64,000 bases of DNA from Octopus vulgaris (lineage: Eukaryota). The notes beneath the pieces were generated by a model. It searched no databases and had not been told where the DNA came from. It was given only the letters and a program-made list of their open reading frames with translations. Position 1 is the stretch's first letter. Every line of letters begins with the position of its first letter. Positions 26,671 to 40,094 of this stretch are shown here, piece after piece. A program made the translations under genes and the position numbers. The stretch lies in NCBI GenBank assembly GCA_951406725.2, contig OX597815.1, positions 189,844,001 through 189,908,000 on the forward strand. Reading direction: 5' to 3'.

Positions 26671-27354
26671 CCTGCTTGGAATGTGTCCAGAAAAGAGATA
26701 TACTTAAAAGTTCGCAATTTTAATTTTCTTGCATGCAACAAAAAGAGAATGTTTCTTACCTCCTGTTTCAGATATTGGTGGATATGCCCAGTATTTGTCA
26801 GGACGCTTACATGTTCTATTTAATGCCACTACTGTTATATAGCTTTAACAGCTTCCCTCAACGTGATTGTAGAGGGAAGCTGCTAAATCTTTCAGCTACC
26901 AGATGTAGTTTGACTCTGAAGTGGAGCTGTGCTTTCTACAGTCGATGAATGAATGTGGTTATTATGTGTATTGGTTCGTGAATACATTTTCAGTGAACCT
27001 GAAAGCACTTCTTGGCTGAAAACAATTAAATATATTTCTACAGCTAAATTCATGCTAAGGTGATTGTGCAGTGTTTCTGGAAACGTCCTTGGGCTGAAAT
27101 TTGTGACTTTGTGTTGCCTGAATAATTACAGAAGATCTCAACAGAATGCTTATCAAATATTTTTGTGGTATCTACGAGAAGTGGGGAAGTGTGTACGTAT
27201 AAGGATTAGGAAGCATTTTGCGTTATTTGTGAAGACGTTTATACTGTATAGTCTAAAACGTTATTTTCCTGTTTCCGTGTTTAGTTAATCTTAATGCTGT
27301 GTTTACATATGACTAGTCTTGCCATTAGAAATCATTTCAGAATGATCAATACCC

Positions 27355-27758
27355 TTTTACTTGTTTCAGTCATTTGACTGTGGCCATGGTGGAGCACCAC
27401 CTTAAGTCGAGCAAATCGACCCCAGAACTTATTCTTTGTAAGCCTAGTACTTATTCTAGCGGTTTCTTTTGCCAAACCGCTAAGTAACGGGGGTGTAAAC
27501 ACACCAGCATCGGTTGTCAAGCGATGTTGGGTTGGGGGACAAACACACACACACAAACATATACACACATACATACATATATATATACATATATACGACG
27601 GGATTCTTTCAGTTTCCATCTGCCAAATCCACTCACAAGGCTTTGGTCGGCCCGAGGCTATAGTAGAAGACACTTCTCCAAAGTGCCACACAGTGGGACT
27701 GAACCCGGAACAATGTGGTTCATAAGCAAGCTATTTACCATACAACCACTCCTACCCC
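27355..27758 (-). mobile_element. Major tRNA-derived SINE
   Basis: Matches other copies. Confidence 0.9.
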
Positions 27759-28103
27759 TATGTAGAAATTAATAAGGAATGGTTTACGATTTTAGCTAAA
27801 TAAGTTACACATTACTGTTTCTATTGAGTACTTTTCTCCTGCTTGTTGCCACCAAACAGCAACAAAAGTCTGTGCCTGCTTCATGTCGGATGAGCTTTGT
27901 AATTGATCAGAGAATGTTAGCTGAATAATGGAAAAGCACACAATTAAGTACTAGCAGAAAAGAATTGGTATACTACCAATAAAACTATACACAAGCATCT
28001 GAATCTGAAAGAATGTTCAGAAGAACGAAATTGATGCCAGTCTCCTTCAACAAAGTTATTTCCATCTCCTCTCCTCTATGCATGTCTTTGGTTTCAGACC
28101 TAT

Positions 28104-28135
<32 letters not shown>

Positions 28136-28651
28136 ATCAGTTGGTTAGCATGTTGCCAATTGTGGTTATTAGCTCAGTAACCTCCAGCATGTAATTGGCT
28201 TGTAGTGTACACTACGGTAATACTAGTCAATTAATATTCCCGTTTTATCACCCAACCACAAGATTTTAATGAGATCCGGTATTCTGTAACTACAATGTCT
28301 GTAGCAGCATTAGTTACACACAACTTTCGTTGAACAAATATAATAAATTAAGATGAATAGACAATGACAGTTCAATGCATGCTACAAATGTTTCTATAGC
28401 ATGGTGATTTATTTGCAATTGGTGTCTTAGAAAAGTAGCGGACCAAAATTATTAGCCACCTCTGAACCACTGATAGAAAAAAAGTTGCTATTTTTTATTG
28501 ATGGTTCAGGATACCTGATGAAATGGTGGATAATTCTGACTTTCACAATATACCAATTGCAAATAGATTACTATAAGTTTGGAACATTTGTAGCATTCAT
28601 TGAAATGTGATTGTTCATTCATCTTCAGTTAGTGTATATGCACATGTGTGT

Positions 28652-28690
<39 letters not shown>

Positions 28691-28769
28691 TATGTATGTA
28701 CATATGTATAGTAACAGAAAGGGAGGAATTTCGATTATCCCCATGTGGTGAGTTGTAATATGTATATGA

Positions 28770-30218
28770 AATTAAAGAAGGAAAATGCACACTTTACATA
28801 GTTTTAATATAATTTTTAATACATCATATATTGTGTTTGTTGACCGGTTTCACTTTCTCTAATCCTGACTTTAAAATATATTTAAATGTGTATCTTCTTA
28901 AGAAAAAACTTTTTGTCCATGTCTGAGGAGTTTATGAATGAATCATTCAACAAGTAGAAAAATTTAAATGCAGTTAAATTAGATATTTCCATTCTAAATT
29001 GTTGAAGTTTGAATTAATTTTTCGCTTATGGAAAGTATTTGGGAAATTCTGGATATGGTCACAGAAGTCATCTAGTGTTTTATTCCTACATTTAGGTGGA
29101 AGATTATTGCTTCTGTCTTTAACCAGTGATTCATCCTCGTTGTTGTAGTCAGTTAGTGCTTCTGTGAGTCATAGTTTTCTGCAGAATTCTGAAATATTGT
29201 TTTTAAATTCATTATGGTTAACTCTTCGTGGGGTTGGAATGAACTTTAATCCTTTAACTAGTATATTGATCTTTGTTGCAGAGAGATTTTTCTTTGATAA
29301 ATTTGTTACTTTGGGTTTCTCCGAGGAGTTTTGTTCCAACATGTGTCCCTGTTTCTCTCCACTCGGTCTAAAAAAATTTACTGTAATTTGGTTGGTAGAA
29401 GTTAGTATTATTTATATCATTAATTATATCAGTATTGTTATTGTTATTATTATATTGGGATTACTGGGAGGTTGGTATTGCTGTCTAGGTTAACTGGTTT
29501 TACTTACGTGGTTCAGGTTTCTTCGTTGGAATAAATTGTTGAGGTGCTTAATTATGTTTAGGATGTTGAGGAGTTGGTTGTGCTGTCTGGGTAAATAGGT
29601 TGAGTTTCTTTGTTGAGAGGTAGAGGAAGTTTCTTGGACGTTTCTAGTTGCTGGGGAGTAAAATTTACTCCTAACCCTAGGTTGGTTTTTTCTAGAATGT
29701 CTTATTAGTGAGTTGTCCCTATTACTAGATTGAGAATGGGTTATTTCCAGGTGAGAAGTCAGTTTTGTGTGTTTGTGTTCTTTTGGATGTTTATAGTTAG
29801 ATCTCAGTGGACGTGTATTTATGTCTGTAGATGTACGTGTTCTAGATTTTTTTAGGAAGGGGTTATATGAAGTGTAGTCTCTTTTAAATTGAGTTTCGTA
29901 ACTAAGGAAGAAATTAAAACTGCTTTCCCATCGTTGCAGGGAATATATTTCTTCCGACTCACAGCTGTCTTTCCATAGTTTTATAACACTTTCCAAAAGT
30001 TGTTCATCAGCATGTTTAGTGAGTCTAGTAAGCATTTCTTCAGCGGTCGTTTCATATTTTTGTTCGTTATTCGATGCCCTGAGTTTAAGTAACTCAATCT
30101 CTATTTTCATTTTAATGTCATGATTGATGAAAGTGAAACCGGTCGACAAACAATATAAGATATATTAAAAATTATATTAAAACTATGTAAAGTGTGTACA
30201 TTTTCCTTCTTTAAATCC
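28770..30218 (-). mobile_element. Penelope-like element N-terminal fragment bracketed by inverted pLTR-like pieces
   Basis: Minus strand translates VTNLSKKNL...KGLKFIPTP...EFCRKL (typical pre-RT region of PLEs) downstream of ORF 29490..30149; 28770-28858 is the reverse complement of 30130-30218. Confidence 0.75.
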
Positions 30219-30416
30219 TTATCTATATAAATTGGAGCAATCTCGGGTATAACCAGCTGAAATTGATTGCAAAGATAATCTGACGCTCGACTGAGGATAG
30301 AAAACTCCGAATGATCCGTCCTTGTTTTCCTTGTATCATCTGTCTGGATATTTTGTTGTCCCTTTCTTGTTTCACCTAATAGTCTGGATGTTTTACGTTC
30401 TTGTCCCATTTTTGTG

Positions 30417-30475
<59 letters not shown>

Positions 30476-30492
30476 TAGAGAGAGAGAGAGAG

Positions 30493-30551
<59 letters not shown>

Positions 30552-30617
30552 TAGATATAGATATATATGGATGTACGTATGTGTGTGTGTATATATACAT
30601 ACATACATACATACACA

Positions 30618-30838
30618 CAGTAATCCCTCGACTATCGAGAGTGTTACGTTTCAAAGCCCCCATAGTAGGTAAAAATCCACGAAGTAGTGCACTGTATATT
30701 TTTTAAATTATTTTTATAATTTGTATATATTTATTTTATTATGGAAGCAAAACAACCCCACGGAGGATTCAACGTAAGCTTAAATAATAAGCTACGATAT
30801 GTGAGTCGTGATAGGTGAACCGCGATATGGCAAGGAAT

Positions 30839-30843
<5 letters not shown>
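30618..30843. mobile_element. Tc1/pogo-like MITE
   Basis: Imperfect TIRs cagtaatccctcg / gcaaggaattact; TA-repeat context. Confidence 0.65.
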
Positions 30844-30901
<58 letters not shown>

Positions 30902-31004
30902 GGAGTAAACACATAAATGTGAAACAAGGTGGAAAAAAAGAGTACTCAAATACCAGTGGTAGAGTAATATGCTTTATTTAAAGCAGCAGAAAATTCAACA
31001 AAAC

Positions 31005-31042
31005 CTGTTACTCTGAGTTTCCCGTTGCCGTTCATCGGACAG
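31005..31042 (-). ncRNA. HHR motif, CCGAUGA (U4C) variant, in fold-back 30972-31192
   Basis: Minus strand: ctgt CCGATGA acg gcaa cgg GAAACTC a GAGTA acag; mirror copy 31122-31159 (+). Confidence 0.7.
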
Positions 31043-31190
31043 TTTTTGCTAGAATGGAACCGATATGTCAATTCTATCCAGACTGGATAGAATAGACTTA
31101 TCGGTTCCATTCTAGCAAAAACTGTCCGATGAACGGCAACGGGAAACTCAGCTTAACAGATTTTGTTGAATTTTCTGCTGCTTTAAATAA

Positions 31191-31225
<35 letters not shown>

Positions 31226-31426
31226 ATGTATGTATGTATGTATGTATGTATGTATGTATGTATGTATGTATGTATGTATGTATGTATGTATGTGTGTGTT
31301 TGCGTGCGTATACACACACAGACACACACGGACATATACATAGATACATTTATAACAATCAAGGTTGAGAGATAATTCCAGGTAGATATAAAATAAGTCT
31401 CAGATGTCTCAGATGTCTCAGAAGTC

Positions 31427-31528
31427 TCCCTGATGAAGCTGTTTTACTAAATAGATTGTATTGATTAACTATTTAATTATCTAATTATATAATTAGCTCT
31501 TGGTAAATCAGCTGAAACCTGTGTCGGA
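31427..31528 (+). ncRNA. HHR motif with long stem II
   Basis: tcc CTGATGA agctgttttacta...tggtaaatcagct GAAAC ctgt GTC gga. Confidence 0.75.
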
Positions 31529-31640
31529 TGTTTTATTTATTTGCTTATTAATGTCTATATTTTATGGATTTTATAGATATAAGAATAAATGAATAACTAA
31601 TTAATACACCAGTTTCCATTGTTAACTTTGTTTTATAAAT

Positions 31641-31673
<33 letters not shown>

Positions 31674-31731
31674 CATTTACGTATATATATGTATATATAT
31701 ATATGTATGTGTATATATATATGTGTGTATG

Positions 31732-31804
<73 letters not shown>

Positions 31805-31899
31805 CGGGAAGGTTTACGAAAATAATCAAAAGGCGAAGGCAGGAGGAGTACAAACAAACAATGTATTAGTATGGCTCTCAGGAATAGAAATAAAACAAG

Positions 31900-31937
31900 T
31901 CTTTTACGTTTCGAGCCTACGCTCTTCGACAGAAAGA
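31900..31937 (-). ncRNA. HHR-like motif, CUGUCGA variant, in a 200-bp element (31803-32001) between TA tracts
   Basis: Minus strand: tcttt CTGTCGA a gagc-gtag-gctc GAAAC GTA aaaga. Confidence 0.65.
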
Positions 31938-32000
31938 TACACAGAAAAGAAACAAGGAGAGAAAAAAATTGCGTGTAGGGGCTAACGATCCAACATGGCG

Positions 32001-32069
<69 letters not shown>

Positions 32070-32599
32070 GAAATTTTACCACTATGTGGAAACCCTTATG
32101 CTAGAAGAAGATCCGCTATGGTCTTAACCACTAAGAATTGTTCTCTAGAAAATTTAGCAAACACCAGAACCGTAAGCGAGCAAGACAAATGAAAAGTAAC
32201 AAAAATATAGATTATTCATAAACACATGTTTCACTATCAACAAATTACGTAATTTTACTTACATAGTGTATACATATGGTAGAGTAACCATGCTTCAAGC
32301 TCACCAAAAAGAATTATAGCTGTGCATCCAACCTGAACTCCAGCATTTTATGCTACATTATAATAAAAAAAACCAACTAATCAACCATATAACTTCCACC
32401 TTCAGTCTCTGCTGTTGGGTTTTTTATAAACTCTAGATTTTTCGCTCTAACTTGTAAGTAGTTCTACTACCCGTTGCTAGACATTCCACCCCCTTTCACA
32501 AATTGGATTAAAATGTTATCTCTGATTAGTAAAATCTTCTCTAACTTTGTTGCAAGTATGTATTTGCTCTCTTGCGAATGTTTTTTTACCATTTGCAGT

Positions 32600-33270
32600 T
32601 GCCATTCTAATGCTTCAAAAAAAAAAAAAAAAAAAAAAGGAAAAGAAAGAAAAAGAAAACAAAGTTTATGCCATGTAGACCAAATTTGAATTAAAAAAAC
32701 TGTTTAGCTAATTAATGAAGAATCATTAAGTTTAGTATAAACTCGAAAATCTATTTGAAAGGAGGCACCATAACTGAAAATTTTAAAAGCATAATCTGTT
32801 GTGTCTGAGGGAAGTCATTTTCTTTTTATGCCTTATAATTTAACACACTCACCGGTAAAATTTCCACTTGTTTCATATTTTTATTTTCCTAAAATTTTCG
32901 TTGCGTCTTGCAACCTTTTCAATAGTCTTAGCCTATTGAAAAAGTTGCAAAACACAACGAAAATTTTACCGGTGAGTGTGTTAAATTATAAGGCACAAAA
33001 AGAAAATGACTCTCCCCAGACACAACAGACTATGTATGGTTTTTAAAATTTCAAATATGGCACCTCCTTTCAAATAGATTTTCGAGTTTATACAAAACTT
33101 AATGATTCTTCATTAATTAGCTAAACAGTTTTTAAATTCAAATTTGGTCTACATCCTATAAACTTTGTTTTCTTTATCTTTTTTTTTTTCGAAGCACCAG
33201 ACAGAACAGAATATGCTTCAACACACGAACTCATATAAAGAATTTTGCAAACCAAATCCAAAAACGAAAT
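32600..33270. repeat. Nested fold-back with U3-A8 HHR-like motifs at its centre
   Basis: About 32655-32925 mirrors 32933-33175; motifs at 32889-32925 (-) and 32933-32968 (+). Confidence 0.8.
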
Positions 33271-35059
33271 ATAAAAACCATAGAATTTCCATTTACTATC
33301 GGTAAACTATATTTTCTTCCGTCAGCATTACAGTCGCAATTGAAAATAAAATTTCCTACATGTAACATGTATTAGTTCTGAGAGTGTGTATCCTGTTTTC
33401 TTCTCTTCTCATCTCTTTAATAGCTTGAAAGGACGCTGCATATTGTTGCCATTGTTTCAGGTGTACATCTTTCAACTGAATTATTTGCTGCTCGTGCATT
33501 ATAAGCTTTTCACGGAATCAACAACATATAATTGAGCAAACTACCTTTGATAACAGAACCATCAGCTAGAAGCAATATGGGTCTCTTGCAGGTGAATGTA
33601 CTATGTGCGCTCTCATCGATGTAAAGGACAATATAAGAGTTATACAACCTCATATTTTGTTTGAAATCATTATAAAAGGATTATTGGAATCTGACATTCA
33701 GCTTCGCATCATTCAAAAGGAAGGAAGCAGTTTTCCCTTATGGCATTGTTATTGAAGTATCCGTCACTAGGTTGTTCAAATATGAAACGTTTGGCCATGT
33801 GAAGCTGACATAGGATATTCATATCTCCACAGTAAAGTAGTTAAATGTTTTGTTTATTTGCATGTTGAACTGGATACTCTTTCGACAACATGTTTTCGAT
33901 TTTGACCAGTTTTCACTCCTTTATCGTTAGGCTCTCTTCTATTATTGTTGCATTAATTCTTGTCCTCCAGATTTCGTTCCCTTCGCATCCTGGGCCACAT
34001 GGCATTTCTTCTAGTATTTCCCCATTCATCATTTTCCATTTGATTTACTTTATCTCTGGATTGAGCATTTCTCATAATTTCCTGCTAATTCTTCATTTAA
34101 CCAATGCCCTCGAGCTGTTTTTCGTATAACTTCTATTTCTTTTTGACTTAAAGTGGATTTTCTTCACAGTCTTTCTCTATCTAATCTACGTGCGTGTTCG
34201 TACGTGGTGATTCCACATTTATCAGCTGGAACATTTCATAATAATATGTCAGCAATAAAGATAATATTATATATGCACACACGATATTAAAGTGTCCGAA
34301 AGATCGAACGAATTTGTTGCAACTGTGAAACGTTTTGCAAAGTAAATATGTCAAACTGTTAAAACAAACACCTCGTGCACCATTAGTGCAAAAGATTTCA
34401 AAATCCCTTTGCGTTCTTTCCTGCAAGAAGCTGTTGTTGTGAGGAATTTGCATACATATGTACATGCGTGCACACATACATGTATGCCCCTACCCCTCTC
34501 TCCTCCTTCCACGTGACTGATGTCCAGCCAGCTATGATCATTCTTTCTTGGCCTAAATGCCGACCGCCAACACTTCTTATGTACATCTCCTATGTCCCTG
34601 CCTTTAGGCTTTCACTGCCTTTAGGCTCAATTTGATTCATTCTCAGTCGAAAGACACCTGTTGTTATATTATTGTTGTTTGTATTTGTCATTGTGTACCA
34701 TGTTCTCCGTGTTTTGTCTTTGTTGCTGCATACATCTGCTAGATTTCTTACAAAGAATTCTAATGTTCTTAGCTTAGACTTTTTGGGGAGTAACCAGATC
34801 GAACTGTCTCAAGTGTAACTGCCCGAAACAGTAAGGACTGCTGGTAACTTGACTGAAGAAAGAAGGCCACGAATAGCCTGCCTTTTTTTGCCTGTCCTTC
34901 TAATTGTTGCTTCGCCTGTCCGCCTTTGTATCGTCTATCTGTCCGAATGTTTTATTGTCCTCTATTGCGTTTTTGCTACATTTTTTTATACGTACTTACA
35001 TACATACTTGCATAAGTACTAACATGTATGTGCGTGAGTTTGAGGTAAATGACAGTGTG

Positions 35060-35091
<32 letters not shown>

Positions 35092-35097
35092 TTGATA

Positions 35098-35470
35098 TCT
35101 CTCTCTGTATAAACGGCAGTTTGTCTGTGTGTCTGTCAGGTTGTACCCTCACCCTGACCACGGCTTTCAACCGATTCTGATGAAACTTGACACACACATA
35201 GCGCAATGTCATAATTCAAAACTAACGCAGCGAAAATTTTGAAAAGTTCCCCCAGTTCTGAAAAAAATCGATAAATTCGACATGGGGTCGAGAATGAGAA
35301 ACACAAACCACAGACCGTCTAGGGGACGCAACTCGACCTTTTTAACTCTCAAAAAAAAAATTTACCATCATTTTTTCCCATTTTTTTGCTATATTTTGGC
35401 TATAACTATCTAAAAATGCTTTATAGTTATTTCCCTTACAAACCCGAGCAACGCCGGGCGATACTGCTAG
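35098..35470 (+). mobile_element. Non-autonomous Helitron
   Basis: A|TC...cccgagcaacgccggg cgatactg CTAG|T. Confidence 0.85.
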
Positions 35471-36489
35471 TCTGAATTAAAATTTGATCGTGTTCATTCT
35501 GAAAACACTTATACAACATAATATACTGTATTAGAATGAAAATGACGATAAAATGGGTGTAAAATATAGAAAAAAATGTCGAAACAAAAGCGACGGAATT
35601 ATAAATTTCATTATGTCTCTTTTCTGTCCAAACAACGAATATTGAGATACACTAAACTGCATTTCCGTTTCGTTTTCTTTCTCGCTTGTTTTTACTTTAT
35701 ATTAATTTTACGTTCAACTATGATACTTCCTTTGACTATTCTGAGGTAGAATGCAGCTGTAGTAGCACCCTAAATTCATACACACACACACAAACACACA
35801 CGCACGAACGTATGCACGCACGCATGCACGCACACACGCACGCACTTATGTATGCATGTATGTATGTATGTATGTATGTATGTATGTATGTATGTATGTA
35901 TGTATCTATGTATGTATGTATGTATCTATGTATGTATGTATGTATGTATCACCTAAATTTATACACACACACGCACGAACGTATGCACGCACGCATTCAC
36001 GCACACACGCACGCACTTATATATATCTGTATGCATGCATGCATGCATGTATGCATGTATGTATGTATGTATGTATGTATGTATGTTTGTATGCATGTTT
36101 GTATGTATGTATGTATGTATGTATGTATGTATGTATGTATGTATGTATGTATGTATGTATGTATGTATGTATGTATGTATGTATGTATGTATGTAGCACC
36201 TACATTCATTCACAGACACGTTTGTATGTATGTACGTGTGTGTATGTGTGTATTGATATATGGTAACGGTAGACAATGACTTCGACGTTTCGGATTACTC
36301 GCCATTATTAGACTTGTGGTTCACTTTGGGTTTTTCTGTCTTCATATACATTTTGGCGAATTGCTCCTATGGTAGATGGGATAATGTGGATGAGAGTTAG
36401 GTATAATGAAGGTGGGAGGGGAATGTGCTTTTGTAAGAAGAGGGGGAATAGAAAAGGGTAGGAGGAACATATATGTTTGTAGTATCTCT

Positions 36490-36713
36490 CTTTTACTCTT
36501 TTACTTGTTTCAGTCATCTGACTGTGGCCATGCTGGAGCATCACCTTTTAGTCGAGCAAATCGACCCCACGACTTATTCTTTGTAAGCCTAGTACTTATT
36601 CTATTGGTCTTTTTGGCCGAACCGCTAAGTTACGGGGACGTAAACACACCAGCATCGGTTGTCAAGCGATGTTGGGGGGACAAACACAGACACACAAACA
36701 TATACACACGCAC

Positions 36714-36760
<47 letters not shown>

Positions 36761-36928
36761 CATACATACATACATACATACATACATACACACAGCGGGC
36801 TTCTTTCAGTTTCCGCCAGCCAAATCCACTCACAAGGCTTCGGTCGGCCTGAGGCTATAGCAGAAGACACTTGCCAAAGGTGCCATGCAACGGGACTGAA
36901 CCCGGAACCATGTGGTTCGTAAGGAAAC
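36490..36928 (-). mobile_element. Major tRNA-derived SINE
   Basis: Matches other copies. Confidence 0.9.
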
Positions 36929-38334
36929 TAGTATATAGGTTTAAATAAAACTTTGCCAATATTGAAACGCTGAATCCTCCCCAATTTTCTTCTTGAAGAC
37001 ACAACTACTGAACCTCATCTCTGATTTAGTCACTTCCTGCAAATACAAAATCTTTTAAACCATAAGCATTTAAAACCAATGAATTTCTTCATTGACTAAA
37101 CATGTCATTCGCCTTCCTCTTCTTCTAACATAAATAACCCTGACGCAGAAAAGGAACTCTCTACTAGCAACGACAACAATAGCTTTTCCACCTCATTCTT
37201 CGACTACAATTATCGACAAATTATGCAAGTATGAACTATGATACCTTCAAAAAGATTCTAATTAACGATCTATCTCTAGAACACAAACAAGACGAGGACA
37301 AATGGTCCCTAGAGACAAAGATGCTGAACAACAATATTTTCACCTACCTACATTCTTTTGTGAACATTATGTGAACATTAGGCGTAGGAGTGGCTGTGTG
37401 GTAAGTAGCTTGCTTACTAACCACGTGGTTCCGGGTTCAGTCCCACTGCGTGGCACCTTCGGCAAGTTTTTTCTACTATAGCCTCGAGCTGACCAAAGCC
37501 TTGTGAGTGGATTTGGTAAGCAAACTACTTACCACACAGCCACTCCTTCGTCTATACATCTTTAATATTCCGTATTCTTCTTGAAGGTCATACTCTAAAG
37601 GATTGACTGTAATTCTTAATTTATTTTCAACTCTAGATTACATTAAACAGTTCAATTCCGAAAGGAGTAATCTAGGGGATATCCAGTGGACATTTAACAA
37701 ATTTAAATCCAAATTCGTCAGATTTAGTTAGGACTTGTAAATATTTATCGAAATAATATGCGCTCTGTCGAAGTCTCTGAGTTAGTGAACTATTTTCTTT
37801 TAAGTGCGACCTGAAGCATAATTTCCTGTGTTAGACAACAGTATTTTTAGTCTGAAATGCCAATATACTGTTTTACATGATGTAACACTGTCAGAAAAAA
37901 GTATTGTAACGAAGTTACTTTAATACATTTACAATTTAATGATTGAGTAGACAAGACTTAAGCAAAGAACTCAATATGAGTTATATAAGCAAGTAGTGTA
38001 CAGTCCGACGGGCAGAGTAAATCTTTATTCTTCGTAATGACACGGCTGTTTCATAAGAAAATTATTGATTTCTAAGTAAAATCAAAATAAATTTTTTCTA
38101 GAAAAAACGTGGGAGAATACAGTTCTGTTGTAAACTAAGTCAACGGATTGAAGTCTTCTAAATCTTTTTTTTATTTTTTATTTTCTCTTACAAAGTTGGT
38201 TCAAACAATAAATTTGTAATAAATGGACGTAAATTGTCATGAGCATCTATTTCTATTGACTCGTTAATAAAATAGAAGCTGAATTTTATTTAATCTACAG
38301 TAAATCTATTTGGCTCTTTATAGCGGATAACTAT

Positions 38335-38347
38335 AAGAAGCCCGTCG

Positions 38348-38412
<65 letters not shown>

Positions 38413-38620
38413 GTGTGTGCGTGTGTGTTTGTCCCCCCCCCCCAACATCGCTTGACAACCGATGCTGGTGTGCTTACATCCTCGTAACTTAGCGGTTCGG
38501 CAAGAGAGACCGATAGAATAAGTACTAGGCTTACAAAGAATAAGTCCTGGGAGGTCTCGATTTGCTCGACTAAAGGCGGTGCTCCAGCATGGCCGCGTCA
38601 AACGAATGAAACAAATAAAA
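38335..38620 (+). mobile_element. Major SINE, 3' half
   Basis: Matches tail half of other copies. Confidence 0.85.
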
Positions 38621-39987
38621 GAAAAAAGAAAAAAAAGAATAGGTGAGGAAACGTGAGTGTTCTGTTAGAACATCGAAGCAAAATGGTAGTTTTCATGATG
38701 GGTTGAAATCATAAAAAACACACACATGCACACACACACACACACACACATTCTATCATCACTTTTGAATGACAGGTCATCGTTCATCATGAGTATGTTC
38801 TGACGATCAAGAAAGAGTTTCCCTTGGATCTTCCTGTCGGGAGTCGTAGCGTCGTTGGCTGGTCTTAGATGACGATCAGTTGAATTGCTGAACGAAAATG
38901 TATATCTTTTGCCTGCGTGAAGAAGTAACTGACAACAACCGCGAACAATTAACTGAAGATTTTGATTTTATTATTGCCCATGGAGTTTTAACAGTGTTGG
39001 TCATTTACTAATAATAACAGCAATTACACTCCTAGAGAGACATATTGTTAGGTGTCTACAAACTTACTGATATAGTAGTTTGTGTTTGCCTCATCATAAC
39101 TAGAAACAATCGCGCTATATTTGTGGCGATTATAATCTTGTCCACTATCCACCTTAACCTACAATCCACCTTAACGAGAATGGAGACACAACGCTCAGCA
39201 TTCTGTAATTACCGCCAAAAACGGCCTCAATATAGGGCACAAGGAGAAGATTCTAGAAGAATGAATCACGTGATGGCCGAATGCTGATTGGTTGCTTGAT
39301 AGACAATTCAATTGAAATTACTGTAGTTTGATTGAGATGGATGACCGCGTACCTGTTACCTCGGTTTCGAAACATTGCTATAGTCCCGTGTTGTTGAGTC
39401 TATGCGATTGGCCTCGATTTAGACAAGCGAAATATGTATGGTGCACCATAATAAAGCACATGCTCACGTGTCACGCTTTATCTGTGATTTTTCGGAGAGG
39501 CACAGAGCACATTTTTGTCCCTCAAACCAAAACTCAACCTGAAAAGTCACCAATTTCAGTCGAGAGAACTGTTTGAAGAAAATTCCTTATGAGAACTGAG
39601 CACTGTCTCTGGAAATGCGTTCCAGGACGCATCCCAAAACTGGAACTGACATTGAGAATGGCGTATCAACAGTGGAGTGAGCGATTTTGAAGAAATTGAT
39701 TCTGATTAAATTGTAAACAGAGCGATAAATTTGTTTGCTTTCTTTTTGGACAGACCTCGAATATTTTTGACAAAGTTTACTGTTTTAATTCAACACCCAG
39801 CAGAATTGTAACATTGTTTGAAATCTAAACATCATAATTTTAAATTTCCTTTTCCTGCATATCATTAGCGTCTTTGCAAGGAGTAAAACATTAATTTGGA
39901 AAATCGATCAAACTCTACCTTATTATTTGTACTGAGTTCTTTGATTAATTGGTGTCTAGTCAATCAATAGCTAATTTACACACACAC

Positions 39988-40053
<66 letters not shown>

Positions 40054-40094
40054 TAACTCATTCATACACACACACACACACACACGTCTATGTA

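Noticed and set aside
33540-33800. Faint resemblance to Helitron helicase (FKRK..QF)
   Set aside because: Too degenerate to support by eye
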